Shown one piece after another: positions 44,148 through 54,577 of a DNA stretch of 64,000 nt. Location of the stretch: NCBI GenBank assembly GCA_012727955.1, contig JAAYGB010000008.1, positions 70,637-134,636 on the forward strand, read 5' to 3'. The notes beneath the pieces were generated by a model. It saw nothing but the letters and a program-made list of their open reading frames with translations. It did no database searches and had not been told where the DNA came from. The translations under genes were made by a program, and so were the position numbers. Each line of letters starts with the position of its first letter. Position 1 is the stretch's first letter. The stretch is from Bacillota bacterium (GTDB lineage Bacteria; Bacillota; Limnochordia; DTU087; JAAYGB01).

Positions 44148-45012
44148 ATTCGATTAACTCCTCCAGCAGAGTCACATAGTTAGCATAACGACTCTCGGCT
44201 ATGTGATGTTGCGCCACCGCCTCCCGCACAGCGCAATCCGGTTCCTTGTAGTGAAGGCACCCAGAGAATCGACACTGGGGTGCATACTTACCAAACTCAA
44301 TGAACAGTTCTTGGAGCCGGGCTCGTTCCATCTCCGGCAGTTGCAATTGACTGAATCCCGGAGTATCCGCCAAGAGTCCACCCTTGGGCAAGGGAAGCAA
44401 CTCCACGTGACGAGTGGTATGCCGGCCTCTGCCTAACCGCTCACTCACACTACCGGTCGTCAGATTCGCCCCGGGCAGGATGGCGTTAATCACCGACGAC
44501 TTACCCACTCCAGACAACCCAGCGAGCATAGAAATCTTGCCGACCAGGGCATCGGTGAGTTCTTCCACTCCTTCTTTACTCTTGGCACTGGTCAAAAGCA
44601 CAGGATAGCCTATCGACCAGTAGATGTCAACTAAGCGTCGAGCCTCATCGGTCAACCCTTGATCTACCTTGTTAAACACCAGGATAACCCCGAGATGGGA
44701 ATCCTCTGCCAGTACCACCAACCGATCGATTAGGGTCGGCGAGGGATCCGGCTGGGCCACCGATTGAACAACCACCACTTGGTCGACGTTAGCCACAGGG
44801 GGCCGAATCATTTCGGAGTGACGAGGGAGAATCTCCTCAACGACCCCCTCCTCCCCATCCTCCAGGGATACCTCGACCCGATCTCCCGGCAATACTCGCC
44901 GCTCACCCAGGCGTAGGCGACCCCGAAGGCGACATACCACTACCTCATCTTCGCCGTCAATTAGCACTGAATAGAAACCGCCAACACCTTTTAGTATGAC
45001 GCCCTTGGGCAA
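44128..45012 (-). CDS. rsgA: Ribosome small-subunit-dependent GTPase A (YloQ/CpgA)
   Basis: Circularly permuted GTPase (VFNKVDQ, AGLSGVGKSS) and a C-terminal zinc-finger Cys cluster. Confidence 0.9.
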   Translation of the reverse strand: MPKGVILKGVGGFYSVLIDGEDEVVVCRLRGRLRLGERRVLPGDRVEVSLEDGEEGVVEEILPRHSEMIRPPVANVDQVVVVQSVAQPDPSPTLIDRLVVLAEDSHLGVILVFNKVDQGLTDEARRLVDIYWSIGYPVLLTSAKSKEGVEELTDALVGKISMLAGLSGVGKSSVINAILPGANLTTGSVSERLGRGRHTTRHVELLPLPKGGLLADTPGFSQLQLPEMERARLQELFIEFGKYAPQCRFSGCLHYKEPDCAVREAVAQHHIAESRYANYVTLLEELIEYEENRY

Positions 45013-45029
45013 ACAATCACCTCACCCTC

Positions 45030-47210
45030 TTACGGAAATGCCTGCTCCGATACCAGTCGATTGCCGATGTAAACCTGGATTCTCGCGTCGCCACCTTGGC
45101 CACTGACCTGGCGAGTGACCACACTGCCACCCTTATGCACACCACGATAGGCCTCCCTGGCTCCCAAGTCATCGATCACCAGGATGACAACCTCGGTGTC
45201 TGGTCCCGGCGGGATTACAACCTGTACTTCAGCCTGTTGGAAAGAAGGTTCACCGCCAGTGGTTTCCCTTGCCTCGAGCTCCTCCTCAGCCTCAGTTTCC
45301 GGCTGCTGGGGCTCTGGCTCACCGATCTGATCCTGGGGAGGCAGCTGTTCATCCTCCCTACCACTGGGTTCTATGGGCAGTTCAGGCTCTTGTGGTGCTT
45401 CTTCAACGGCCCCTTGCCCCGGCTCCTCATCCCGGTCTTCGTCATCGGGTTCTTCGATCCCGTGGCCCTGATCCTCGTGGAGCTGGGTACCGGGACGACC
45501 TAAGCTATAGACAAAATCCACGGTATCTCCCGGGGCAACGGTGGTTCCCGGCGCCGGGTTTTGAGAAATTATGTGCCACCGGGGAATCGATATTGAGGTA
45601 TCGCCCCAAGCGTTACCCAGGACCAGTCCCAATTCAGCCAGACGCTCCTTGCTGGCCTCCAAGGTCATGTTCCGAAAATCCGGAAGGGTTAAATTACCTG
45701 TAGTAACTCTCTCACTACTGACACTGATGTTTACCGCCGAGCCCTCCTCGAGATAGGAGCCGGCCTGGGGTTCTTGGGCAATCACCTGATCCAAGGGCGC
45801 CTCAACCCCAACCACAGGAGTTTCAATGCCCACCACTAGCCCCGCCTGCGTAATGCGCAAGCGAGCATCCCGCACCGTTAATCCCACTAGCGAAGGCACT
45901 TCCACCATTCTAGGTCCTTTGCTCACAGTGACAAACACCGTGCGATACATCTTAATCCGTCGATTAGGACTGGGATCCTGGTTGAGAACCTGTCCCGCGG
46001 GAGCCTCGGTACTGTAAACCTCTCGTTCCACCGCAAGCTTCAGTCCATGCCTTTCCAACAACTCCCGGGCCTCGTTCTGCGTCCTTCCGACGACGTTGGG
46101 CACAACTACCTCTTCGGGAAAAATCAACTGGGGAATCTTGGTGGCGCCCCAGATCAACAGCCCAATAAACAATAGGGACAGCAGGACAATCGAACGCACC
46201 CGCCCCTTGCGACGCACTGGTCGTGTCTCCTTTGGTGGTTCCTCGTCCCTGATCCGCGTCTGGGCCTTGGTTTCATCGCCCAACCTATGGATCATCGTGC
46301 GACCAGTGGTCTCGGCAACGGACTCAATCAAGGTAGTGGCCTCCACTTCCGGTGACGCCATTCCCGGGTGTCTGCCAGTAGTGGTCAAGGATTCTGCCAC
46401 CCTTTGCAGATCTTGCAGCATCTCGGAAGCAGTCTGATAGCGCTCCTTTAGATCCTTGGCCAACGCCTTGACAACGATTCTGTCTAGTTCCCGCGGAATA
46501 CTGGGATTCAGCTGCCGAGGAGGTTTGATCGGCTCCTGTACGTGTTGCAGGGCGATGGCTACCGGCGTATCCCCAGTAAAGGGCAAGGTTCCCGTGAGCA
46601 TTTCATATAACAACACACCCAGGGAGTATAGGTCCGACTGCTTTGTCGCCATCCCGCCTCTGGCCTGCTCCGGGGAAAAGTATTGGGCAGTTCCCATCAC
46701 AAAACCAGTCTGAGTCAATTCAGAATAACTTGCTGCCAAAGCGATACCAAAATCCGTTACCTTGACCTGATTATCTTCGGTGATAATTATGTTATGGGGC
46801 TTAATGTCCCGGTGGACCAAATGATGACGATGTGCGTGCTCCAGGGCCATGGCCACTTGCTGGGCAATATGGACAGCAGTGCCCAAGGGAATCGATTGCC
46901 GGCGAATGATGTCCTTGAGGTTACGGCCTTCCACATACTCCATGACAATAAAATACACGTCATCTTCCTGACCCACATCGTAGATGTTGACTACGTTGGC
47001 ATGGGACAGACTGGCAGCGGCTTGGGCTTCCCGGCGAAAGCGCTCGACGAATTCCCGATCACCGGCGTACTGCTCCCGCAGCACCTTAACCGCGACAAGA
47101 CGACCCAGGAGCATATCCTTCGCTTTGTAAACCAAGGCCATGCCGCCTGCGCCAACTTTCTCTAGTATCTTGTATCGATTCGAAAGGACCTTCCCCAGCA
47201 AATTCGTCAC
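45030..47210 (-). CDS. prkC: Ser/Thr protein kinase with PASTA repeats
   Basis: Hanks kinase motifs (GAGGMALVYKA, HRDIKPHNI, DFGIA), a TM segment, three PASTA repeats, and an acidic low-complexity C-terminus. Confidence 0.9.
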   Translation of the reverse strand: MTNLLGKVLSNRYKILEKVGAGGMALVYKAKDMLLGRLVAVKVLREQYAGDREFVERFRREAQAAASLSHANVVNIYDVGQEDDVYFIVMEYVEGRNLKDIIRRQSIPLGTAVHIAQQVAMALEHAHRHHLVHRDIKPHNIIITEDNQVKVTDFGIALAASYSELTQTGFVMGTAQYFSPEQARGGMATKQSDLYSLGVLLYEMLTGTLPFTGDTPVAIALQHVQEPIKPPRQLNPSIPRELDRIVVKALAKDLKERYQTASEMLQDLQRVAESLTTTGRHPGMASPEVEATTLIESVAETTGRTMIHRLGDETKAQTRIRDEEPPKETRPVRRKGRVRSIVLLSLLFIGLLIWGATKIPQLIFPEEVVVPNVVGRTQNEARELLERHGLKLAVEREVYSTEAPAGQVLNQDPSPNRRIKMYRTVFVTVSKGPRMVEVPSLVGLTVRDARLRITQAGLVVGIETPVVGVEAPLDQVIAQEPQAGSYLEEGSAVNISVSSERVTTGNLTLPDFRNMTLEASKERLAELGLVLGNAWGDTSISIPRWHIISQNPAPGTTVAPGDTVDFVYSLGRPGTQLHEDQGHGIEEPDDEDRDEEPGQGAVEEAPQEPELPIEPSGREDEQLPPQDQIGEPEPQQPETEAEEELEARETTGGEPSFQQAEVQVVIPPGPDTEVVILVIDDLGAREAYRGVHKGGSVVTRQVSGQGGDARIQVYIGNRLVSEQAFP

Positions 47211-47234
47211 CTCATACCGTTCCCCGTCTGCTGC

Positions 47235-48647
47235 TTAATGGGAGGAGCTTAGTGCTGCCTCAATCACTCGGCGGGCAATCGGAGCAGCCACAGTCCCCCC
47301 GCCGCCCCCATTTTCCACAATCACCGCTACCAAAATCTCTGGATCATAGGCGGGAGCAAACCCGACAAACCAACCATGGGACCGTCCATGGGGATTTTCC
47401 GCTGTACCGGTCTTTCCGGCCACCTCTAGGTTAGGAACCGCAGCGGCCTTTCCAGTACCATCCTTAACCACCTTCACCATTGCCTCTCGCACAAAATTAG
47501 CCACCTGTCGAGAGATGGGATAGCCAATCATCTTGGGCCGATGAAAATAAACCAAATTGCCGGCGGAATCCCTGATAGCCTTGACCAAAATCGGTTCCGG
47601 CAAGCCTCCCTGATTGGCGATCACTGCAGTGATCAAAGCCATTTCCAAGGGAGTAACCAAAAGCTTTCCCTGTCCGATACTCTCCTCGGCTAGCTCTGTA
47701 GGGCTCATCTTGTCTGGTGCCAGTCGCCCGGAGCGATAGGGCAACCGCAGATTCAAATCTCGACCAATTCCAAACCCTTCCGCCGCGGAGCGGAGCCCTT
47801 CCTCGCCCAGCTTCTGACCGATTTCGACAAAGGCCACATTGGAAGAAACTGCTAAGGCCGAATATAGGTCCAGGTGGCCATAGGCCTTCCCGCCATAGTT
47901 TTCAATCTCATGTCCTGAGACGGTAATTTTTCCCTGATCGTTGAAGGTATAACCAAAACCAATGGCACCACTCTCCAGTGCCGCGGCTAAAATCAGGATT
48001 TTGAAGGCTGAACCCGGTGGATATAATCCTTGGATCGGGCGGTTTAGGAAGGGACTGTCGGGATGTTCCACCAAGTCTTCCCAGGTCTTGTCCACTTGCC
48101 TCAGATCAAAGCCAGGACCGGATACCATCGCCAGAATCTCTCCGGTCTCTGGCGCTAAGGCCACCACCGCTCCGGCTCTGCCACCCAGTGCCGCCTCGGC
48201 TGCAGCCTGAATCCCTAAATCGATAGTAGTATACACATCCTGGCCGGGCAAGCTTTCTCCCAAAGCTTCAGCCCGCCACCACCCTCTAAGGGTTTGTTGC
48301 TCCTTTGCACCGGAAAGCTCCTGGTTCAGAGATGCCTCCAGACCAGAAAGGCCATACCGGGAAGAAAAGTAACCGATGGTAGGAGCTAGGCCCGGCAAGA
48401 GAACCGGATAATCCCTCAGATACACTTCTCCTTCTCTATTACTGCGAGCGATAACTTCTCCACCTCGAGCGTAGATTCCTCCCCTCTGCACCCTCAGTCT
48501 ATGGGCGGTATGACGGGGATTACCGGGGTTTTCGTTGAGGCGAGGTGCCGCCAAAATCTGCCAATACACAAAGGGCAGCATGATCAGCAGTACGCCACAG
48601 GTCATCAGTTTGGCAACCTTTAGGATCACCCTTTTGTTCTTACCCAT
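47235..48647 (-). CDS. pbpA: Penicillin-binding protein (class B transpeptidase, PbpA-like)
   Basis: SAFK, SSN and KTGT motifs. Start ATG 48647 overlaps the rodA stop (ATGGGTAA). The ORF-track start is 43 codons further upstream. Confidence 0.85.
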   Translation of the reverse strand: MGKNKRVILKVAKLMTCGVLLIMLPFVYWQILAAPRLNENPGNPRHTAHRLRVQRGGIYARGGEVIARSNREGEVYLRDYPVLLPGLAPTIGYFSSRYGLSGLEASLNQELSGAKEQQTLRGWWRAEALGESLPGQDVYTTIDLGIQAAAEAALGGRAGAVVALAPETGEILAMVSGPGFDLRQVDKTWEDLVEHPDSPFLNRPIQGLYPPGSAFKILILAAALESGAIGFGYTFNDQGKITVSGHEIENYGGKAYGHLDLYSALAVSSNVAFVEIGQKLGEEGLRSAAEGFGIGRDLNLRLPYRSGRLAPDKMSPTELAEESIGQGKLLVTPLEMALITAVIANQGGLPEPILVKAIRDSAGNLVYFHRPKMIGYPISRQVANFVREAMVKVVKDGTGKAAAVPNLEVAGKTGTAENPHGRSHGWFVGFAPAYDPEILVAVIVENGGGGGTVAAPIARRVIEAALSSSH

Positions 48648-49947
48648 AAACCATCTCTGCCTTCCGCTCCGGGGAAGCCGTTGACTCTCCATCCAGGGCT
48701 GCACTATGGGAAATGTTAGCCAGCAGCCCCACCACTGCGTAGTTGGTAACCAGAGAAGTACCTCCATAACTGACAAAGGGCGTAGTGATTCCCGTCAAGG
48801 GAATCAGGCGGGTGATGCCACCTCCAACGAGAATGACTTGCAGCCACAACATTCCCGCTAGACCCACAGCCAACAGACGTCCAAACTCAGATTCCGTGGT
48901 TAAGGCAGTGTGGAGACCCTGCCACAGCAGCAATAGGAAGCAACACAACAGGACCAGAATACCCGCCAAACCCCATTCTTCCGCGATAGCCACCAAGATG
49001 AAGTCTGTTCCTACGGCCGGCACCACGTGGGCCATGCCACGACCTGGACCTACACCGGTAATTCCCCCCGCTGCGAGGCCGTAAAGGCCCTGGATCAGCT
49101 GGTACCCTCTTCCTGTGGGATCGATCCAGGGGTTAATCCAGGTACTAAACCGCACCTTGACATGATCAAAAAATCGGACCGCAGCCCAGCTACCGGCCAG
49201 TCCCGCAAGAGCCGCCCATGCCAAGTACCACCAGCTTCCTAAAGCTGTAACCAGCATCAGGACCAGGATGCCAGTAAACAAAATCGCGGCTCCCAAATCC
49301 CTCTGGGCCACCAGGGTTAACATCGCTATGGTCCACACCGCCACCGCAGGACCTAAATAGGGAAAAACATTGGCTTCCTTCCGAGAACTCTGGGTCGGTG
49401 TAGCACGGGCTTTAGTCAAATCCACCAAAATCCCAGCTAAGAAAACAACCAACAACAGCTTTCCCGGCTCGGAAGGCTGAAACTGCAAACCCCCAATGTT
49501 TAGCCAGGCTTTAGCACCACCCACCCGCTCTCCCCACAGGGCCGTTACCACCAGCAATACCAAGGTGCCTACGCCGCAGATATATCTAAGGTGACGCAGC
49601 TGTTGCCAAATCTCGCTCAAGGCCAACCCACACCAAAGGGCCAATCCCAAGATCCCAAACAATGTTTGCCTGATAACCAAAGCAGGAGCGACGGACTGCA
49701 GGGTCAGTAGTCCAATCCCATTTAAGGCAACAACCAAGGGCAAGAAAGCACCTCCGGCCCGGTACCCAATAATCCGAAAAAAGCCATGGACTGCCAAGGC
49801 GCCGGCACAAAGCAACAGGATTGGCCAAGTTGCTGACCACCAGGACTGCCCTGTATTCCATGCCATCAACAGACATCCGGCGCACAGCAGAAGGGTAATC
49901 TCACCGAGAAAGACCAGTTCTTTATTCCGCTCCCCGACGGTTATCAT
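48640..49947 (-). CDS. rodA: SEDS family peptidoglycan polymerase (RodA/FtsW)
   Basis: 10-TM SEDS topology. Located in the FHA-PP2C-RodA-PBP-STPK cluster. Confidence 0.8.
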   Translation of the reverse strand: MITVGERNKELVFLGEITLLLCAGCLLMAWNTGQSWWSATWPILLLCAGALAVHGFFRIIGYRAGGAFLPLVVALNGIGLLTLQSVAPALVIRQTLFGILGLALWCGLALSEIWQQLRHLRYICGVGTLVLLVVTALWGERVGGAKAWLNIGGLQFQPSEPGKLLLVVFLAGILVDLTKARATPTQSSRKEANVFPYLGPAVAVWTIAMLTLVAQRDLGAAILFTGILVLMLVTALGSWWYLAWAALAGLAGSWAAVRFFDHVKVRFSTWINPWIDPTGRGYQLIQGLYGLAAGGITGVGPGRGMAHVVPAVGTDFILVAIAEEWGLAGILVLLCCFLLLLWQGLHTALTTESEFGRLLAVGLAGMLWLQVILVGGGITRLIPLTGITTPFVSYGGTSLVTNYAVVGLLANISHSAALDGESTASPERKAEMVYG

Positions 49948-49984
49948 CTACCAGCACCATCCCCTTGTCTTCTCCCACCGGCGG

Positions 49985-50692
49985 CTAATCCAATCCAAAG
50001 GCAACTACCGTAATATTATCCTGGCCACCCCGCTCATTGGCTAAGTCAACCAATCGGTCCGCTGCCTCTTGTAGGTCAGGGGACTGATGGATAATCGCAA
50101 AAACTTCTGCCGTAGATACCACATCCACGAGACCATCGGTGCACAGCAGGATCACATCCCCTGGGCCAGGCTCCACCGTTGACAGGTCAACCGTCAGATT
50201 GGGCTGGGTACCCAAGGCCTTGGTTAGGACGTTTCGGTGGGGATGGCGACGAGCGTCACCTTCAGTGAGACATCCATCTCTGACTAGTTGTCCCACTACT
50301 GAGTGATCATTAGTGAGCTGTTTTCCCTCGCCCCGATGACTAACCAAATAGGCCCGAGAGTCACCGACGTGACCAATCAACACCCTCTGGTCGACTACCT
50401 TGGCCAATGTCACCGTTGTTCCCATGCCCCTTAGCTGCGGCTTTGCCTGCGCTGCCTGCCAGACGGCCTGGTTAGCCAGGGCAATCGGACGTTCAAGGTC
50501 GGCAAGGGAATGTACCAAGTCCCAATCGTAACCCACCAGGGCATCGACGGCAGTCTGACTGGCTATCTCACCGCCGTTGTGGCCTCCCATCCCATCGGCA
50601 ACAATAAACAAGCCGAGCACCTCATCGAAAAAACCCACGTCTTGATTAACCCGTCTTACTTTTCCGACGTCAGACCTGGCACCAATTCTCAT
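49985..50692 (-). CDS. prpC: PP2C-family Ser/Thr phosphatase
   Basis: DGMGGHNGGEIAS and the C-terminal DN metal-binding motif. Confidence 0.9.
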   Translation of the reverse strand: MRIGARSDVGKVRRVNQDVGFFDEVLGLFIVADGMGGHNGGEIASQTAVDALVGYDWDLVHSLADLERPIALANQAVWQAAQAKPQLRGMGTTVTLAKVVDQRVLIGHVGDSRAYLVSHRGEGKQLTNDHSVVGQLVRDGCLTEGDARRHPHRNVLTKALGTQPNLTVDLSTVEPGPGDVILLCTDGLVDVVSTAEVFAIIHQSPDLQEAADRLVDLANERGGQDNITVVAFGLD

Positions 50693-50725
50693 CTAACGCT
50701 TGCACTCCCCGTTTAACACCTTAAT

Positions 50726-51196
50726 CTAAGGCTCAATCCCTTGCGACCGATACTCCCGGTAGGAAAACCGTAGGATAGTCTCCCCCACCTTGATCACATC
50801 GCCATCAGCTAAAGCTCGTAAAGACCTGACCCTTTCCCCATTGACAAAGGTATGATTGGTACTGCCGGCATCTTCGATATAATAGCGATGATTGCGCCGC
50901 AGGATCCTGGCATGAAAGCCCGAAGCAAAGCGATCTCGCAACACCACTTGGTTCTCGGGATCCCGTCCGATTCTGATCTCGTCTCCGATAAACTGGATTC
51001 TGCTCTCGGGCCACAGATGGCCGATGCTGCCGGTCTCCTCCTCCAACTCCCCGCCGATGATTTGAGCTTCATCGGCGTCAACTACTTCTTCAAGTTGGCT
51101 AAACCCACTACGAACCACCTGGACAATGAACCAAAACATTCCCCCTAGGACCACTAGCTGTCCTAGTTTCTGCCAAATGGGGGGCATTATCCCCAC
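50726..51196 (-). CDS. FHA-domain protein (FhaB-like, membrane anchored)
   Basis: N-terminal TM. FHA pattern IGRDPENQVVLRDRFASGFHARI...YIEDAGSTNHTFVNG. Confidence 0.8.
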   Translation of the reverse strand: MGIMPPIWQKLGQLVVLGGMFWFIVQVVRSGFSQLEEVVDADEAQIIGGELEEETGSIGHLWPESRIQFIGDEIRIGRDPENQVVLRDRFASGFHARILRRNHRYYIEDAGSTNHTFVNGERVRSLRALADGDVIKVGETILRFSYREYRSQGIEP

Positions 51197-51214
51197 TCCT
51201 TTGCTGAAGGAAAG

Positions 51215-51739
51215 TCAGGACAGTACCGTCACCACCAGCTCCGTCAAACCTATCTTCACCCGGTCACCGGACTGCAACATCCTGCTCTCCACCCTCTGGC
51301 CGTTAACTACTGTACCATTGGTACTATCTAAGTCTTCTATAAAATACTGTCCGTCCCGGAAAACCACTCGAGCATGACGTTGCGACACCGTTGGGTCCGC
51401 CAAAAAAATGTCCGCGGCCTCATCCCGTCCAATCACGGCTTCGCCAGACACATTATACCTCTGACCGGGATATTTGCCTACCACTACAGTGAAAGTAATC
51501 TTAGCGGGTAGCTGGGGTCTTTTCCACCGCTGTGTGGGCTGGTCTTGGTGATCATCCCCCCCGGCCCGAACAGCGGTCCTTTCCTGCCCGATCCGGTACA
51601 GCCCAGTAACTGAATCCACCTTCGCCGGTGATTCGTCTTCCCGAGGACCGGAAGGCAATATTGGCTCCGGCTGTATCTTGGGAGTACGGAACCAACGAAA
51701 GAATAGCTCTTCCAGCCAAGCCTCTATTCGATGCAACAA
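51215..51739 (-). CDS. FHA-domain protein (FhaA-like)
   Basis: C-terminal FHA pattern IGRDEAADIFLADPTVSQRHARV...FIEDLDSTNGTVVNG. Confidence 0.75.
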   Translation of the reverse strand: MLHRIEAWLEELFFRWFRTPKIQPEPILPSGPREDESPAKVDSVTGLYRIGQERTAVRAGGDDHQDQPTQRWKRPQLPAKITFTVVVGKYPGQRYNVSGEAVIGRDEAADIFLADPTVSQRHARVVFRDGQYFIEDLDSTNGTVVNGQRVESRMLQSGDRVKIGLTELVVTVLS

Positions 51740-51788
51740 CCTGGCGATAATAGCTCACCTCCCACAAGCCTCCGACCCATGGCCTCCA

Positions 51789-52850
51789 CTAGTTCAACCT
51801 TGGTGACCCACGCAGTTGACCGCAGGCAGCCTCGATATCTGTTCCTCTTTCTTTCCTAATCGTAACCGAGACTCCTTCTTCCTCAAGGTAGCGAGCAAAG
51901 CGAACTACACTACCTTCCTTGCTGCGAGAAAATCCGGTACCACCCACCGGGTTGATCGGAATCAAATTGACATGGCAGGCTAGACCTGAGATCAACTGAG
52001 CCAGCTGAGCAGCAGACTCTAAGGAATCATTGACACCGGCAATTAGCGTGTACTCAAAGGTGATTCTGCGCCCCGTCTCTTGTACATAACAGCGACAGGC
52101 TTCGATTAATTCCGGCAACGGATAAGCCTTGGCTACAGGCATCATCTCCTGCCTGCGTCTTTGATCTGCAGAATGCAGTGAAATCGCCAACACCAGCTGT
52201 AAGCGTTCCTTCGCCAGACGATAGATGCCGGGAACGATCCCACAGGTGGATATCGTTATATGCCGCATGCCAATGGCCAAGCCCTGGGGATCGTTGAGCA
52301 AAGCGATGGACCCCAGCACCGCATCGTAATTTAGCAACGGCTCACCCATTCCCATATACACAACATTGGTAATTTGGCGTCCCGTTGCAGCCCTAGCCAA
52401 CAGAACTTGTCCCAGGATTTCCTGGGACGTCAAATTACGGGCAAAACCCAACTGACCGGTAGCACAAAAGGTACACCCCATGGCACAACCAACCTGGGTC
52501 GACACGCAGACAGTGGTCCTATTTCCCTCGGGAATTGCCACGGTCTCCACTTGGCTGCCGTCTATAGCCTCAAGAAGCAACTTAACGGTGCCATCCACCG
52601 ACCCACGTCTAATCACAATTTTCCAAGGCCAAAACCTGAAATCCGACAATTGTTCTCGCAAAGCCCGGGGAAGATTGGTCATCTCCTCCATTCCTGTGGC
52701 TTGCCTTTGATAAATCCAATGATAAATTTGCTTGGCTCGAAAGGCCTTGTGTCCTAAGCCCTGGACCAGTTCTTCTAATTCCCCCAGGGACAAACCCGCG
52801 ATCGCCCCTTGGTAGTCAATGCCAGCCTTGCCAGTGTCCACCATTACCAC
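51789..52850 (-). CDS. rlmN: 23S rRNA/tRNA m2A methyltransferase RlmN (radical SAM)
   Basis: CxxxCxxC cluster (CAMGCTFCATG) and the conserved downstream Cys. Confidence 0.9.
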   Translation of the reverse strand: MVMVDTGKAGIDYQGAIAGLSLGELEELVQGLGHKAFRAKQIYHWIYQRQATGMEEMTNLPRALREQLSDFRFWPWKIVIRRGSVDGTVKLLLEAIDGSQVETVAIPEGNRTTVCVSTQVGCAMGCTFCATGQLGFARNLTSQEILGQVLLARAATGRQITNVVYMGMGEPLLNYDAVLGSIALLNDPQGLAIGMRHITISTCGIVPGIYRLAKERLQLVLAISLHSADQRRRQEMMPVAKAYPLPELIEACRCYVQETGRRITFEYTLIAGVNDSLESAAQLAQLISGLACHVNLIPINPVGGTGFSRSKEGSVVRFARYLEEEGVSVTIRKERGTDIEAACGQLRGSPRLN

Positions 52851-52944
52851 TCACTCCATGTTACTTGTAGCTTCTGGTTCGTATCGGCTCACCTTGTCCG
52901 GTACAGACTAAGGGCAAAGAGAACCCACCGAAAGGAAGATCACC

Positions 52945-53217
52945 GTGGGTAAAAGGAACAAGGTCCACTTCTTAGCAGCCTACACAGAGTACCTACTGGA
53001 TCAAGGTATCAAGTCTGAGTACTATTACCTAGGCGATGCCAGTCGCTTCGCCCGATTCCTGTTGGCCAATGCAACGGAAGAAGACTTGAACTCATTCCTA
53101 TCTATGTCCGCCTCCAAACCCACCTATGAGAAACGCTTACGAAAGACCTTGAAAAAATTCTACCAGTTTGCCGACGAGCACCTCGGTGTCAATACTGAAC
53201 TAATCAATTTTCTGTGA
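52945..53217 (+). CDS. Small hypothetical protein resembling a phage-integrase N-terminal SAM-like (core-binding) domain
   Basis: 90 aa, GTG start with GGAAG RBS. Pattern HFLAAYTEYLL...YYYLGDASRFARFL...EEDLNSFL...LKKFYQFADEHLG resembles the integrase SAM-like fold. No catalytic domain follows. Sits 265 nt upstream of tRNA-Pro. Confidence 0.35.
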   Translation: MGKRNKVHFLAAYTEYLLDQGIKSEYYYLGDASRFARFLLANATEEDLNSFLSMSASKPTYEKRLRKTLKKFYQFADEHLGVNTELINFL

Positions 53218-53425
53218 GTATTTTCCCTCGTGAAGTCCCGATCAAACAAGGGGACAGTCAGACTACCCAAGGGCCTAGTTTGACTGTCACCCCAGCTTGT
53301 TCTCCGATCATAAATATCTTCTCAATTAACTAGGAAAAACCTGCGCAGCTAGCCAACCTGTAGAGTCATTGCACCGGACAGCTCCAACTAGACTGCGTTC
53401 CAACATACATTTCCACAAACAACAG

Positions 53426-53453
53426 TTGACAAAGGAAGGGCTGATGCTATATA
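53426..53453 (+). promoter_or_regulatory. Sigma-A promoter for tRNA-Pro
   Basis: TTGACA, a 16-nt spacer, then TGcTATATA (extended -10), about 30 nt upstream of the mature tRNA 5' end. Confidence 0.6.
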
Positions 53454-53482
53454 CTTTCTTTTGTCGATGACATTAATAGCTA

Positions 53483-53559
<77 letters not shown>

Positions 53560-53562
53560 GTG

Positions 53563-53599
53563 GGAACTGTTACCTAAGGTAACAGTTCCTTTTTTGTTT
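53563..53599 (+). terminator. Strong rho-independent terminator after tRNA-Pro
   Basis: Perfect 11-bp stem GGAACTGTTAC, loop CTAAG, GTAACAGTTCC, then TTTTTTGTTT. Confidence 0.85.
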
Positions 53600-53675
53600 C
53601 CAATAATAAAGACCGATGGTCTACTTACGCAAGTAAATCGTCGGCCTTTGTTATTTCACAGGCAACCTACCAGGC

Positions 53676-54518
53676 TCAATTGGCCACTAATTGAAAGCGC
53701 ATTCGATCCACCAGTTTTGCAATAATGAGGGAATTGGTGGGGAATTTGCCCTTGGCGGTAGAGCCGGTGAGTTCCTGCAGGTATTCTCTGTTACCGTGCT
53801 CCCATGCCGCGATCACGGCATTTCTGATGGCAGCCTCCACTCCACCGGCGGTGGTCTTGTACTTCTCCGCAAGCTTCGGGTACAATTCCTTAGTCAGTGA
53901 ACCGCCTAGGAGAGTGTTGTCCTGCACTAATAACAGCACAGCATCCCGCAGGTAGTTGTAGCCTTTAAAATGGGCAGGAATACCCATATTATGTAATAGT
54001 CTTGTCACAGCGATCTCACAATCCTGCTCCGAGGGAGGATTGTGTACCCCAGGCCAAGTCGGTTCCTGTTTCTCCAAACTTCGGTATGATTGGCTCGTTC
54101 GATAGGATTGATGAGTTGAGGTCGAGGACCGCTGTGTGCCCGAGGAGCCATCATCGGCGAATTGGCGAATTCTCTCCGCCAGGACCTCCATATCGAAGGG
54201 TTTGACAATAAAATAATCGACATCTAGCTCAGTGAAACGACGAATGATATCCTCCCTGCCAAAGGCCGTCAGCACGATGATCCGAGGCCTTTTTTCCAAA
54301 TTTAGAGTGTCTAATTTCTCCAACACCCCGATACCATCTAGATGCGGCATTGTCACATCTAAGATCACCACATCGGGCTGGTGGGCTTCAATCATCACCA
54401 GAGTCTCTTCGCCGTCGGGAGCGATGCCGACAACAGTCATTCCTGCAACTTCTACTAGAAACTGTCTTAAAGTGTTACATAAACCCAGATCATTGTCCGC
54501 TATCAGTATTTTTAGCAC
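53676..54518 (-). CDS. spo0A: Sporulation master regulator Spo0A (receiver domain plus Spo0A_C DNA-binding domain)
   Basis: Receiver region ILIADNDLG...VVILDVTMPHLDG, and a C-terminal Spo0A-specific region AIRNAVIAAWEHGN...KFPTNSLIIAKLVDRMR. Start GTG 54518, 5 nt after an AGGAGGTG RBS. The ORF-track start is 13 codons upstream and lacks an RBS. Confidence 0.9.
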   Translation of the reverse strand: MLKILIADNDLGLCNTLRQFLVEVAGMTVVGIAPDGEETLVMIEAHQPDVVILDVTMPHLDGIGVLEKLDTLNLEKRPRIIVLTAFGREDIIRRFTELDVDYFIVKPFDMEVLAERIRQFADDGSSGTQRSSTSTHQSYRTSQSYRSLEKQEPTWPGVHNPPSEQDCEIAVTRLLHNMGIPAHFKGYNYLRDAVLLLVQDNTLLGGSLTKELYPKLAEKYKTTAGGVEAAIRNAVIAAWEHGNREYLQELTGSTAKGKFPTNSLIIAKLVDRMRFQLVAN

Positions 54519-54555
54519 AAACTCACCTCCTTGCAGCATGCACCTAATATCTGGC

Positions 54556-54577
54556 AAGTCGCAATTCTGTGCGACTT
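54556..54577. promoter_or_regulatory. Perfect 8-bp inverted repeat with 0A-box-like half-sites upstream of spo0A
   Basis: AAGTCGCAattctgTGCGACTT. Each half-site resembles the Spo0A box TGTCGAA/TTCGACA at 5 of 7 positions. About 40 nt upstream of the spo0A start. Confidence 0.3.
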
